A stretch of 64,000 nt of DNA, from the NCBI RefSeq assembly GCF_009914755.1, contig NC_060927.1; one strand, written 5' to 3'. The stretch's first letter is position 1; every line of letters begins with the position of its first letter. The position numbers and the translations under genes were made by a program. The notes beneath the pieces were generated by a model. That model did no database searches. It was not told where the DNA came from and worked only from the letters and a program-made list of their open reading frames with translations. Positions 41,150 to 58,159 of this stretch are shown here, piece by piece. This DNA is from the human T2T-CHM13v2.0 reference genome, Homo sapiens.

Positions 41150-41392
41150 GAGAGGTAGTATTGCATGGGGTCAAGAGCATGAACTGTATTAGCACACCGC
41201 CTGGGTTTGAATTTCAGCTCCAGTGTGAACTAACTCTCTGGACTTAGGCAAGTTATTTAAGCTCTCTACTTCTTAGTTTCCTCATCTATATAATATTGAT
41301 AATAAAGTTAGCTTTGTTCTAGTGAAGAGATGTAAAATACTTAGAAGAGAGCCCGGTATATGGTAAGCACTATGCAATTATTTGCTATTATT
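41150..41392 (+). mobile_element. MIR
   Basis: CCTGGGTTTGAATTTCAGCTC...GGCAAGTTATTTAA...AGTTTCCTCATCT. Confidence 0.78.
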
Positions 41393-41654
41393 GGAAAATA
41401 TTTATTTGGTGCATATTATATGATAAGAACTGTGCTGAAAATTGGGGATAAAATGGGGAGGGATTCAAATTTCCTATCCGAAAGACTCCTATTCTAATTA
41501 GGGCACTTAAAATACAAGGTGGTAAATGCTAAGATAGAGGAGGACATAATATGCCACAGAAGCTCAGGGGAGGAATACTGAAAGCAAACAAAGAAGATTT
41601 CTTACAAGAAGGGACAGCCTGAGACTTGCCATAATGCTCAAGAAGCGCTTGACC

Positions 41655-41890
41655 AACCTCTCTTCATTCTCCCCCGACAGTCTCTGGTTAACCACTGTTC
41701 CACTCTGCTTCTATGATAACAACTTTTTTTTTTTTTTTTTAGATTTCACATGAGTGTGATTATTATTTGTCCTGTGTCTGGCTTATTTTACTTAACATGA
41801 TGTGATCCAAGTTTATTCATGTTGTCACAGGGGATAAGATTTCATTGTATCCCATATGTACAATGTGTCAATTAAAACAAAATTTTTAAA
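41655..41890. mobile_element. L1MA 3' fragment with apparent inversion
   Basis: Antisense 3'UTR segment (41655-41845) followed by a sense terminal segment. Confidence 0.5.
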
Positions 41891-42477
41891 GAAACTTCAG
41901 TTTTTTGGTTTCTCCCTTGGGCAGGTCCCAGAGAGGAACGGGTGTTAAATTTGGGGAGGAAAATCCAGGATGCAAACAGGTATCATTTCTTCTTAAGTAT
42001 TTTCATTAAATTACCTAAAGAGATCTTGGAAGAAATTGGGCTGAATCTTAAGTGTGCAGTTATTTGTTGTGATTTATTTTCTTATTCATAATCAACTTTC
42101 ATTTCCAACATACCCTTTCTATTTGTAACTTTATATTCTTTTTCTTAAAATAAGTCCCTCAAACCTACACATGCTTTAGGTCCCCAAAATCTGTACTCAC
42201 TTTACTCAAACAATGAATGGGATTTAGCTAAATTACGGGTCTCAGGGATGAGTCGAAATGGATAAAAGAGCACTCGAGGAAGAGGTCTCATCTTAGGCAA
42301 AAGATCCATGAAGTAACACAGAAACTTGGGTAGTTCCAAAGAATTTTACAGATCTTAAGTAGGGTATTTAAAGTTTGTTTCCATTTCTACTCTGTTGTTT
42401 AAGAACTTAATTACACAGACATTTGTGTCCTTATTTTAACTAATGTTCAATACTGGACTACTTCTTTTCACTCTTAG

Positions 42478-42924
<447 letters not shown>

Positions 42925-42952
42925 CCTCCCCAGCTTTTATATTGAACTCTAT

Positions 42953-43539
42953 TGTAAAAAATAAAGTAAAGGTTCCTCTTCAAAGATTTTCCTCCCCATT
43001 TATTAGGAATAAATAGTAACTTCTCTTAGAAGCAAAATTTATTCAAAGACCTGTGCTAACATTCTTAAATATCTGCTAGCTGTGGTAAAGAAATCAACGT
43101 ACTTTATGTTCTTAGCTCCCACAATTTGGCCTAAATATTTGCCCTGGCAGGCTTATACTGGTTGAAGCAAGCATTAGGTCATAGCCTGTTCCTTTTCCTT
43201 ATTTAAAGGTGTTTTTACCTTTCTCAGCATTCCACAAGTTACTTCCTCTCTCCTTTGTTCTCTTCTACTTTTGCCTCTTTAAAAAGTTCTAAGTCGCCAG
43301 TCAATCGAGACAAAACAAAATGTGAGGCCCCGTTCCAGCCAACGGAAACTGGACACAACAGTATGGTGGGCACTGCAGGTTGGAAATGACCCTGTCTCCT
43401 TTGTTTGGTGTACTCTCCTGGCAAAACTGCTGGTGAGTGTACCCTTTCTGCAGAAAGTATAAAAACGGCCTTGCTGAGTAAATTAAATTTATGTTCAAGT
43501 GCTATTCTTTACGGCACCGAGAAACAAGCATTTCAAACG
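42953..43539 (+). mobile_element. Solo ERV1 LTR, LTR10-like (HERV-I group)
   Basis: GGTTCCTCTTCAAAGA...AGAAGCAAAATTTATTCAAAGACCTGTGC; perfect TSD TCTAT at 42948-42952 and 43540-43544. Confidence 0.78.
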
Positions 43540-45812
43540 TCTATGATAGGTAATACATGAATATGCTTACGTGTATATGATAATGTACATATAATAATGT
43601 ACAATATATAAAATAATATGCATACATACTTCTGAGCTTATAGTTCTTAAAATATGCCAAAGTAAAATAAAAGCTCATTGTTCATCTGGATCCATTATTT
43701 TCATTTATTTTTGACATGCTTCTTAAATATGGGCAATTTGGATGTATGCATTTTAATTAGTAAGACTAGCTAATGTATAAAATTACTTTTAAAAGTAAAA
43801 TAAAACAATAAAAAATAATTTGCAAGTATTAAAATTCTCATAATTGGGTAAAGTTCAAATGAAGAAATTCAGCATTTTAAATTTGAACCCTTTTAGAACA
43901 ATATGTTCTGGTCTCAGACGTTACACGTTTCATTTTTTAAGAGGGAAAAAGAAAAAATGAGAAAAACAAGCTAACAAATGCCACGGAATTATAAATTAAT
44001 AATGCTTGTTATGTTCTGTGGTTTTTGAACCTCTAACTATTCCACCCAAATAGAACATGGCACTTCTCACTCTAGTGTGGTCTGATATAAGCCATGGATT
44101 CAGGTACTCTCAGCGGCCAGACACATCCTCAATCAATTATGGAGAGATCAACAACCATTTTGCCTTTCAAATGAGCTTGAGAAAAATTGGGCTGTTTTCC
44201 CAAAATGGAGGAAGGAGATGAGAACTGCTCATTCTCTGAAAAGGAATCATGTTAATGAAATGACAAAGAGAGCTTTGTTCATTTAAATACCATAAAGTCC
44301 ATCCGAATTGGTAATAGAGTACATAATTGTCTCTATTATATCTCAGTCAAATCTTTGCTAAGGGGCTGATCTCTTCAGTCCCCTTAATGAGAAAGAAAAC
44401 TGGAAAGAACTCAGTTTCATGATATTTAAAATCCTTCCCCAGGGCACATGGGCTCTATAACAACCACAAAAATCCATTACTGCATAAATATAATCTTTTG
44501 AATTTTAAAGCAAAAAAATAGAAATAACATGTATCAGAAAAAGTATTGTGCTACTAAAAAGAAAGTGATGCTTATATTTTATTTATTTATATTTTCCAAT
44601 TAGTTTGCAATGACTATGAATATTACTTGGTTAATTACTTTTTAATGACTGTGTTATTAATTCATAAAACTCTAAATAATGTTTGACTGCATCTGTGTCA
44701 ATATATATGTGAAAATGGAGTGAAAATAAAGCATATCCATACTTTGTGTATTGAAATTTTTCTTTATATTTTTCTATATTGTGTACATTTTGCATAATAA
44801 ACATAAATAGCTCTGATTTAATGTAATTTTAAATTCTATAATATCAATAATATTATTCATTATAATATATACTAGAATAAAAATAAATCTTTTTTATTGG
44901 AATATTCCTAAGTGCTTGCTGTTTTATTACATCAAATGTGGTTATTAGACTGGCAAAAGAAGGTTTATCCAGGTTATTTTTTTTTTAATTATCTGACCAC
45001 AGGATAAATGTGGCTCATGGAAATTAATTGGGAGCACCTGTTCCAAGGTAGCTTTCTGACAGAGGAACATCAATCTTCCCATTGCATGTAATTCTTCTTC
45101 TGAAGAGACAGAAAAAGTCTGTTTTTGGAAAAGTCAAGGTATTTGGCCACGGAACCAGACCTTTCTTTCCAACAGCCTCTGTTAGTGTTTCCAGCTTCAT
45201 GTGACAAAGAGATGGGTCGATCAAAGTATTTTTAATGTGAGTCAATTAGGCGGCATTGTTGAAGAAATCCATTCAGAAACTGCAGGTGTATCTCTCCGCA
45301 TTTGAAGTGGGCCTGTGGGATTCAGATGTGATAATGGAAAAGTGGATAAATGACAGCTCTGGGCATCAGTTTCAAGGAAGTGCTCAGCTGAATATAGAAA
45401 TCAAATGGAAGAAAACAAATAACACTTTGTGGATCCTCTCCCCTCGAAACTTGAATTGTTCCTTGCTCCTCTGTGCTTCCCAAAAGAAGACAAAAGGTCA
45501 ACTGGTAACCTTTCACGGCTCTTAGAGCTGGGTGACTTTCTTCTCAATTTATACAAACAAGGTATGTACACACAGCTCTAAATGACTTGGTTAACAGTCC
45601 AAAAATACTTGGTTATTTCACTGATGCTGAATAATTCCCTGCCACCTTCACCAATGAACAGTTAAAAAAAAAAAAGCAAGCTTAGTTCTTGTATTCATTT
45701 GAAATCATAGTAACTGATGAGTTTGGTAACTTACAGTTCTAGAATTGTTTCCTGTGACACGGTGGAACTAGAATATCTCGAAAGTATTCCTACTGCTCCA
45801 TTCTATAAAGTA

Positions 45813-46394
45813 CAATAGTTTCACCTTATCTGCAGTTTGGCTTACCCACCATCCAAAAAAATTAAATGGAAAATTCTAGAAATAAACAATTCATAAGTTT
45901 TTAGTCATGCACCGTTCTGAGTGGCCTGGGGAAATCTCCTGCGCTCCTGCTCCACCTCGCCTTGGATACAAATCCTTCTTTTGTCCAGCATATCCACACT
46001 TTCTACCCACCCATCTGTTAGTAACTTCATAGCCGGCTCAATTACCAGGTGGACTGCTGTGGTATTGCAGTGCTTATGTTCAAGTAACCCTTCTTTTACT
46101 TCATCATGGCCTCAAAGCACGAGAGTAGTGATGCTGACAATTTGGATATACCAAAGAGAAGCTGTAAAATGCTTCCTTTCAGTGAAAAAGTGAAAGTTCT
46201 ACATTTAATAAGGTGAGAAAAAATGGTATGCTGAAGTTGCTAAAATCTATGGTAAGAATGAATCTTCTACCTGTGAAATTGTGAAGAAGGAAAAAGAATT
46301 CAGCAAGTATACATAGGGTTCTCTACTATTGGAGATTTAAGGCATCCACTGGGGGTCTTGGAACATATCACCTCTGGATAAGGGGGGACTACTG
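45813..46394 (+). mobile_element. Tigger-family deletion derivative (MER44-like)
   Basis: TA TSDs, TIR-like ends CAATAGTTTCACCTTATC / GATAAGGGGGGACTACTG, remnant transposase N-terminus (PKRSCKMLPFSEKVKVL). Confidence 0.82.
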
Positions 46395-46439
46395 TATGCT
46401 CTTGGCTACTATGGTGGAATTTGCAAGTTCTCCTAGATT

Positions 46440-46835
46440 AAGGCATGTGTTGCAGGATTAGGTCATAGAGACAGGTGGGCTCAAATACTGACTATTCCAC
46501 TTAGTAGTTAAGTGACTGGGCTATTTAAAGTTTCCTCATCTGTTAATGAAGATAACAATTCTCACCTCATAGGGTCATTGTGAAAATCAAATACTATATT
46601 GTTGATAAATCTCAGCATAAAATCAGTTTTTATCAATAACTGTTTTATGATTGCTATAAGTTTTATCATATGAATTCTTAAATTTGTTGAATATCAGTTT
46701 TCTTGCCTGTAAAGTGGGAAAAATAATGATTTCCTCTTAGGTATGACAATTAAATTGAATGAGCTAACTCTGTAGATACTGGGTACTTAAAGGATAGTTG
46801 CTTGGTATAACTATTCTTTATTATCACTATTATTA
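46440..46835 (+). mobile_element. Two MIR fragments
   Basis: AGTTTCCTCATCTGTTAATG and AGTTTTCTTGCCTGTAAAGTGGG cores. Confidence 0.6.
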
Positions 46836-48154
46836 TTACTTGAGAACTTTCCAACTTCAGTGTTTCCCAAGGTGTGTTCTATGTCCTACATTTGTGTGGA
46901 AGGAATACAACAATGAATTTAAATAAACGGCGCTATACTTACATATGTATTTTATTAATAATAACCAGCAAAAGAAACTTGCTTTATACAACTTTCTTTT
47001 ATACAATATTTATAAATTAAAATTGATAATTGGGGCAAAAAATAGACAAAACAATGATACCAGTGGTATGGGGGAATGGCAAAATGCACGTGCTTATTCA
47101 TTCATTCACCTAGTCCCCTAAGTGCTAGGCACTGGACCAGTGCCATGTAACAGAACTTGCCTGCCTGGCAGACATACTTACTACCCCTAAACTGCAAACT
47201 AGCATTGAACATAATGGCATGCAATTGCCTTAATCTTCAAGTTGAGCTGTCTATTTTACGGCCTCAACAGCACACATCTTGGTAACAAGGCTGAATATGC
47301 CAATAAGCAGATTCCCAACATGAAATTCTAATAAAGATCAAAATGAGAGAACATAGCAACTATTCCTCACTTTTCTACATCTTAGTGTGATGGGGAAAAG
47401 CAGACTATTTCAATGCAAAGAAATCAAACCAATCAATGTGCCTGAATTGCAGTTCTGATCTCTATATGAGGGAAGGTTTAGGAGATTATGGCATTTGACC
47501 AAGGGGCCCTCATAACTTTTGTTACCACTGAACTTTGATTATTATCTAAAAGAAAAGTAAGAGTTAAGAGAAAAAGAAATGTTATTCTGATTTAGATGAA
47601 ATGAATGAATTTTATTAATGGAAAACAATAGCTGTGGTAGTAATAATGGCTTTTTCCTACATGTGAGGTAAACCATAGCATATTTTTCATTAAGGAAATG
47701 AATTACAATTTCCTTCTATTACAAGAGTAAACAGGGAGGACATGGTTTTGCACACTGTGAATAAACAAATACATAAGAAATAAAGCAAAGTCTTAATGCC
47801 TGTCTCTTGCAAGCCCCTTTGTCTGAAACAGCACAGCACAGCTTGTCTCATGCATGGTGACAAAGAAGCAGAGGGAAAGTCTTACCAAAAATGCAGACTT
47901 CAGTTACAATGTCATTTGATCTTGTCCTTTGAGATGTGCTTTTCTGAAAATGCCTCTGCCGTTCAGCACTGCATCAGCAAAACAAAGTCCATGAACACGA
48001 AAACCGAATCTATAACCATGCAGAGCTGTGAAAAATTTCTAAATGTGTTCAAAAAACATTTTGATGTAAATTAACCTAAACTCCCTGTATGGATATTGTC
48101 AATTATTCATGACACAAATCATGCAACAGAGCTGTCAGTAGGTACTTGATAGAA

Positions 48155-48325
48155 TATACAGAATGAAATACATATATATATAAATACAGATATCATGCAT
48201 ATATGTTAACATATTCATGCATATAAATATCCAATCACATAAACATATATTGACATATATACATATATAACACATTCATGTAATAAATAAATATATGTCC
48301 ATGAATACACATATATACACATACG
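48155..48325. repeat. (TA/CA)-rich low-complexity tract
   Basis: Direct observation. Confidence 0.75.
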
Positions 48326-49059
48326 TAAATGAGGCAAGGTGGTAGAATCAAAGAGCACTGAACCGACCATGCTTGGAAACCTGGATTCTAGCCGTTTTGT
48401 GTGAGTCACTTACTCCTGTTTCAGGATCTCTATTGCCTCAGTGTTTGGACCAATGTCCCATTTCAGTATAAAATTCTTTCATTCTGTGTCCCCTTATCCC
48501 CTGTCTTACCAGATGTGGTACAGATGTCTTTTTTAGGATGAGCCAAGGTCATCAAGCTTGGGAACTTGTAAGTGTCGATTGGAGGGGTGAGAAAGGCATT
48601 CTCCCTAGCTCACTTGGCTTCTATTCACCTATCAGACTTTCTCTGGGCTGTGTCTGCAGACTTTTGTTTATATCTCTTTGGATGTTTTTTCCTAAATGCT
48701 AGAAAACTGATCCTGGTTCTTTCTGTGAATGAGTTTTCACTGAGGTCTCACCCAGCAGTGAGCTACCAGCTCTCTTCATTTGAGAAGAGTGAATAGCTAA
48801 TTATTTTATGACATACAATAGAGTCGAAATTAAGTTACTATGTTTTTGTGCTATTTTTTAATTTTCACTATACTCTAAATGTTAACAGACGAAAGCCTAA
48901 TTGGAATTTTCCAAAGGAAGTCTCATTTTTCATAGCTCAGTCTAGGAGCAAACGCCTCTATTTATGTGTTAATTTTTATTTGATGCTTTTTTGTCATTTT
49001 GTTTATTACTTCTTTGGATATTAGTTAACATTTATTGAAGCCTTACTGGAAGGGAGCTG

Positions 49060-49250
49060 TCTATTTAATTATCTTATTTAATTTTCATAACTATCTATTA
49101 TAATTATCCCAATTTTAGAGATGAGAAAACTTAGGCACAGAGGTATTAATTAACTTGACTAAGGTCACACAGCTAGGGTGCCAGAGCTGAAATCTGAATT
49201 TGAGCAGTCTGTCTCTAGAGTCTGTACTGTTAACCAAGATACTCTACTGC
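49060..49250 (-). mobile_element. MIR
   Basis: CCCAATTTTAGAGATGAGAAAACTTAGGCACAGAG...AAGGTCACACAGCTAG. Confidence 0.78.
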
Positions 49251-49480
49251 CACCATTGTAACATTTGCCAATATGACTATTATAGGTACCAAAAAATCCT
49301 ATCTCAAACCCATATAGTGTATCCAAATATGAAGTCATCTTGTAATGTATGTCTACCCTCTACACATTGAGACTTCTTGACAAATGTAGTAACCAGTGGT
49401 GTGACCTTGCAGAAATTATTAAATTATTTTTGCTCCTTTTTCTTCAACTCTAAAATGGTTATAATAATAGTTGTTTACCT

Positions 49481-50174
49481 TGTTGGGGCTCAGAAACCAA
49501 TACCTCAAAATATGCTGCTCTGGCATGCCAAAGTAAAGGGAGACCTTTAAGGTCTCCCTCTGACCTTCCTCTGCCTTCCTGTTTCTCTGATCCTTTTTAT
49601 TTTCCAAAAGGGACTTTCTCTGAAATTTCCGTATTTGTCTGAGAAAACTTCTTGTAAATTAAAGGAAATTATCTTAAAACCCTCTTCTTAGGAATCTCAT
49701 TAAATAACCAGGAAGGATTAACACTGGAGAAGAGGAGAGACTGGAAATTGTAACCACATGCAGACAGACTTTTCATCGATTCTTTTAAGGGCAGTTGTGA
49801 GAAATTACTTGGGGAACTGTACTTGCGTAATAAGACAACCATTGTTCACAATGCAGTTCTGCCCCACACCCTTCTCTAACTTGTCCACCAGCTATTGTGT
49901 GTTTTTTGGTTGCATTCAGCATCCAAAGAGAATCTTTGATAAATCATTATCTTGTCCTTGGGTCTATTCATTCACTTTCCTCTCTCCAATGAAGAGGATA
50001 TTTAAGCATCAATCATCTGGCCCTTTTTTGAGTTTTTAATATTTTTTTGTGTGACTCCTATGCACATAATAAATTTGTTATGCTTGTCTCTTATCAAGCT
50101 CTCTTTTGTTACGGGGAGTTTTGGCCATGACCCTTTATGAGGAGAAAAGGGATCACCCCCTTTTTGCGTCTACA
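49481..50174 (+). mobile_element. Solo ERV1 LTR (MER39/MER31 group) splitting a MIR
   Basis: TGTTGGGGCTCAGAAACCAATACC...TACA; perfect 4-bp TSD ACCT; MIR halves on each side. Confidence 0.8.
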
Positions 50175-50529
50175 ACCTTATAGAGATGTTGTAAGGGTTA
50201 TATGAGACAGTTTACATAAAGTATTTAGTACCTTGCCTAGCACATAGTTAGTGCTCAACTAAGGCGAGTTATTATTACTATTAGCAGTAGTGTCATAGAG
50301 GAGACAATTTAGAATTTGTTGTTAGAGAGAACTGAATTTGTATCTTGGATTTTCCATCTATGTATTTCCGTTACCTCTTCAGCCTTGCTGGTATATTGCT
50401 ACTTGTTTTGTAGTGTTATTTTATATGCTTGTGTGTGTCTGTGTAATATATACAGGGAGAAGAGAGAGAGAAACATATTAATATTGAATAACTGCTGGGA
50501 ATTTCTTGTCTCACACTTAAAATGATAAT

Positions 50530-50960
50530 CCAGTTTACATGCACATAATACATGGATGCAGATTTGTTGATCAGATTAATATTATAAGAAGCTAAAATAG
50601 GAAACAACCTAAATACTGAAAAATAAAAAATTATTTAAATTGGTGTTAATATACCTGTGTAACAAAAAGTTACACAACCATTAAAATTATGTTTAGGAGG
50701 AATATGTAATCTGAAAAATCTTAGATTTTTAAGTAAAGAAAAGAAAACAGGCTACAGGGTAGGTTGTGTATCATAACCCCAAAGTAGAAGAAAAGTGTAC
50801 AAATAGATGTGGATGAATATATACAATAGGAAACATTCAGAATGAAAGGTTAACAGTGGTTATTTCTGCAAGTTACCATTACCAGCAGTCTTTATTTTCT
50901 ATGTTCACTTATGTGTTTGTGTGATTTGTATATCACATTAACATAGTTTATGTTTGAAAC
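50530..50960 (+). mobile_element. Old L1ME 3' fragment
   Basis: GGAAACAACCTAAAT...TTAACAGTGGTTATTTCTG motifs. Confidence 0.55.
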
Positions 50961-51577
50961 ACTACTACTAATAATAATGATAACTAATAGGTGTTATTTT
51001 ATAAAGTAAAACAAAAACTCAGTGGTTTGGAGAAAAAGAAATTACCTAATTACCTCCCTCTTCAATCCAGTCCTTGAGTCCTACTCCAATCAGACAAACC
51101 CACACACAAACACATAGCCTGTCATCCATCACCTCCATCTGCTTCTCCTTTTCTGTCTGCTCAGCCACATGCTTCTACTGAAGACTGTGTCTATGCCAAT
51201 TTTCCAAAGCTTCTTCCGTCTCGGGCCATTGCTGATACTTGACCTTTTACTTTCCAATCTGTTCTGTCCATCACCAGTGTTTAATATTTCTATCATGTGC
51301 ATTTAAATGATTATTAGCGTTCTCTTTCAGGAAAGAACCCCATCTTCTCTCATTTGTCTTACTCGAAGGTGACGCACAGAAAACTTGATACCAAGTTGTT
51401 GCTTCATGAGCACTCAGGATTGGCCAGCTTCATTTCATGATCTGTCTAGGTTCCTTGCTCTAAATCTTTCACCGGATCAGAAACATGAAACAAAGTGGTG
51501 CTTTAAGTTGCACAGTCTCCCCCTTATTGCTTGAATTTAACGCTGCCGTCACACAACAATGAATCTTTCACCTGGAG

Positions 51578-51854
51578 GTGTGGTGGTGAGTGAGTTCTCA
51601 CTCTTAGTTCCCGTAAGAGCCTGTTGTTAAAAAGATCCCGTCACCTCTCCATGATCTCTCTTGCTTCCTCTCTCAGCGTGTGATCTCTGCACATGCCAGC
51701 TTCCCTTCACCTTCCACTCTGAGTGGAAGAAGCCTGAACCTTTCACGCGATGCCCAGTCTTCCAGCCAGCAGAATTGTGAGCCAAATAGTTTTTTCTTTA
51801 TAAATCATTCAGTCTCAGGTATTCCTTTATAGCAACACAAAATAAATTTAGACA
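51578..51854 (+). mobile_element. MST LTR, 5' truncated
   Basis: GTGAGTGAGTTCTCACTCT...CTCAGGTATTCCTTTATAGCAACACAAA. Confidence 0.8.
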
Positions 51855-52003
51855 ATTCCTCTCTGATTTTTAACTTCTTCATCTATAAAATGGAGATAAT
51901 AACACATTCTTTAAGGTATCTTTTTAAAGCCTAAATGAAATAATACTTAAAATGCTTAGCAGAATGTCTGACATAAAACAGGATATTATTGATTATTAAT
52001 TGT

Positions 52004-54500
<2,497 letters not shown>

Positions 54501-57002
54501 GTTCTCTTAGCTCTTGGTAATCCCCAGAAAGTAGAATAGGCATTAGCCCAGAGTAAGCATAAAATGTTACTGATAATGTTATGTCCTGATTTATAGTTCA
54601 TTTCTGAGGATATTGTGTGTGCTCAGTAAATGTTTTTTGACTTGAATAAAAGTCCCAAAATGTGCAAATAGGTGTCACGGACATCTCTAAAATAGCCTCA
54701 AAGAACATTTCTAAAATGTCCCCCTCCTCCTCCCTGTCTTCTAAACACTCATTTCAAGTAAACACTGCTTCGAAAGCAAGTTTAAAATGCAGCTTGATTG
54801 ATGGCTCATCAGCAGCAAACAATCACATTCAAAGCCGCATATTTACATGGTCAATACACAAATTAAACATGAGATTTCCCTGAAGTCACTCTATAAACTT
54901 GTTAGATCAAAAGTCACTTATGCACTTCATTTCGGGGAAGGAGGTCACCCAGCCTGCAGAACACAGATTATTCATGGCATGAAGAAATTCTTTGTTTCGC
55001 AGGGTTAGGCTTGGATCAGAATTGCGGTAAACCTCTTGGCTAGTAGCAGAATATTGACTAAAGCTCTGTCTTCCACCAGTGCAGAGGAGAAAGCCCTGTC
55101 AAAACCCACAAGAAATCTTTTTCTTGTTTCTAATCATCTCAAACACTGCTGAATACTTTATCTCTCACAGGAGCAGACTTCTTTGTTCTCACAGTTACGA
55201 AATGAAGGGGAGGGTGAGGGCAATCTGTTCTCAGCCAGAAGCAAATGAGGTTTTGCAAGATAACCAGGGGCATAGAGACTTCTCCCATACCTGGTAAAAC
55301 ATTGTGTCTAGGGATGCCCCACCCCAGGCATGTTGCCTTCCTCTGGACCTGTGCCAAGATCCCGAACAAACCTAAATGGGAAACTCAAAACCAAGCAGAG
55401 AAAATAACTGAAATCCAGGAGGAGTTGGTTTATGAAGCCCAATTAGATAGCCTGAATATTGCATTCAAAAGGTGACTAAGTCAAGACTTGAAAAACATCA
55501 GCATAAGTCAGAAGGATGTGAGTGGTAAAACTGGCAAGGAGTAGACAAAATGCAATGGGAATAGTCAATGCATAGAGAACATATTTTTTAAAAAGAGATT
55601 AAATGGCAGTGTAAAGAAAATCTTACTCTTGGTAAAACCTCAGTATCTCTCTTTTTTAGGATTGTATTTTTGGGTTGCTAGCTTCAGGTTAAAATATATA
55701 GAAAATACTGTAGTATTATGAAGGCCATACTACCAAATTTTTAGGAAATATTCTATGCTAGGTATTACATTAAATATTTTGTTAATCTCTAACATCCCTA
55801 CAAGATGAAGTCAGATAAAGATAGAAATTAAGACTGAAAGATTAAAGGACTTGTTTCACATCATACAGTTCATAATTGCTGGAGCAAAGATAAGAATTCA
55901 GGTCTACATCTTTCCATTAGATCATGCTACTCTTTAGTCAAACTCTCTAAACTACTCTTCACCAACAATTAACGTTTTCTCTGTAATATCATCAGTAGGC
56001 GAATGAGACTTGTTACCAGCACTCTATTCAAATGTATGTGGGGTGAAATAATAAAGCACTTGAATTAAGGGAGATTTTATTCAATGTTTTAGGAGAGATT
56101 CTCTCAGCATCTAGTATCCCTAGTTACCCCCTTCAGCTTCCTGAGGAGGATTATTTCTCCTTGTCTCTACAGGCCTAAAGAAAGGTAAATCAGATGTATT
56201 AAAAGTGCCTTTTCAACTTATGAGAATCTGCAGTATGCTTAGTTCTTTGCTGGGACACTGTTACAAAAGGAATAAATGAATTACTGAAGTCTCTGCTCTC
56301 AGGAATTTATCATGAAGAGGGACAGAGTGGAACTTCACAAAATTATTAGGAAGTGCAACACAAAAGTCAGTTTAGGTCAGAGCCTTCCCTCATTCTGATT
56401 CCACATTCTATTGCTTTGAACATGTTCATTTGTCCGATCTGGAGACTAACTGTTTCTTATACTCTGATGGTCCCCTTGGGTTTACACCGGTTTCCACTTT
56501 TTCTGCTCTAGTAGTAACGTCTCCTTGTTAGGCATTAGGGCTTTTGCAGAATCCTTTACAATATGACAGAATAACATGAGTCAATTATTTATAGTTAAGG
56601 TGCATTGAAAACATATATTTCAAAATGAACATGGTGCAGAACTTGCTGGATATAGGGAATGAAGAGAACTAAGAGGTTTGCAAAGAAGTTTTGGGTGAGG
56701 AATTGAGAAAGAAATGAGAGCTGTGAGAGGATGATAGGTTAGAAGAAAAAGGGAAAAGAAGATTTTACAAAGTGTTAATTTAAATTTTAAATGAACAGTT
56801 TTCCTTTTCTGAGAAATGCAAGTTAATGGATGTGCTGCAGTTTGCACTACTTCTGGCTCCTGGGCTGAGTGAATGTCACTAGGATTCTCCTCAGAAACTC
56901 TACTACATGGGTGCCAGCTTACATTCAGGTTACATGTATGTAGCACTGTCTATGTGGAAGCACCATTCTAGGCACTAAGTATACAATAGTGATCAAGGTT
57001 GG

Positions 57003-57363
57003 TGATATGGTTTAGCTGCTTCCCCACCCAAATCTCACATTGAATTGTAGCTCCCATAATGCCCACATGTCATGAGAGGGACCTGGTGGTAGCAATTGAA
57101 TCATGGGGCAGGTTTTTCCCATGCTGTTCTCATGATACTGTATAAGTCTTATGAGATCTGATGGTTTTGTAAAGGGCAGTTGCCCTGCACACACTGTCTT
57201 GCCTGCCACCACGTAAGATGTACCTCTGCTCTTCCTTCACCTTCCACCATGATGGTGAGGCCTCCCCAGCCATGTGGAACTCTGAGTCCATTAAACCTCT
57301 TTTCTTTATAAATTACCAAGTTTTGGGTATTTATTCATAGTAGTATAAAAATAGACTAACACA
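57003..57363 (+). mobile_element. Solo THE1 LTR (THE1C-like)
   Basis: TGATATGGTTT...CCCACCCAAATCTCA...AGACTAACACA; TSD GTTGG/GCTGG. Confidence 0.92.
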
Positions 57364-58159
57364 GCTGGCATAGTCTCCAGCCCCAAAAGAATTCAAATTC
57401 CAGTGAAAAGGCAATGACAGAAATTATCACCATAGTAGGACTATAATTTGTGAGGACGTATGATGCTTTCTAAATATGGCACCGTTTATTCCTCAGACCA
57501 ATCTTGTGAGATTAGTGTTATCAATTCTGTCTGATAGTGAAAGAATTCAACTCAGAGAGTCCAGGTTCTGTTCAGTGGAGATGCATATAATGAACAGCTG
57601 AGCTGGGATTCAAAACATAGATCTGTCTGAGTCCAAAAGCCTTCATCTTGGCAGTGGAATATAGTCAATGGCTAAGAGACAAGAAACAATGGAGAGCTTA
57701 GAACTAACCCTTTGGAGATGCTAACATTCCTGGGTTTGGAGAGGAAATGCTGGTCAGGGGCTAAATAAGGCACTCAGGATGTCAGAAAGATGTGGGACAA
57801 AATAATGCAAGGTGGTATAATATTTCTGAAAGCTGAAGAATTGACATTATCTAATAATAGGGAAAAACTCAGGATGTAGTCAAGAATCCTTTATTTTTGG
57901 AAATCCTAATATTGAAAGCATAGATTTCAGGTGGATGTTGAAGTCTCCAATGGCCACCAAAACTGCAGGGCTCTAAAAAGGTGTTAGGTTTTGAGAAAAA
58001 CTTAAATGTGACGCAGACCTTTTATTCAGCAAAAAAAAAAAAAAGTTGTTGCAAAGGTAATCACTAAAATGGACAGGCATTTTAAAATATTAAAACAATG
58101 AGGTTTGTTGACAGGTATCTAATAGAGGAAAGAAAAAGCCAGTTGAGATGGCAATATTG

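Noticed and set aside
46140-46300. Transposase-like coding remnant
   Set aside because: Short, stop-interrupted part of a non-autonomous Tigger derivative; not a functional gene.
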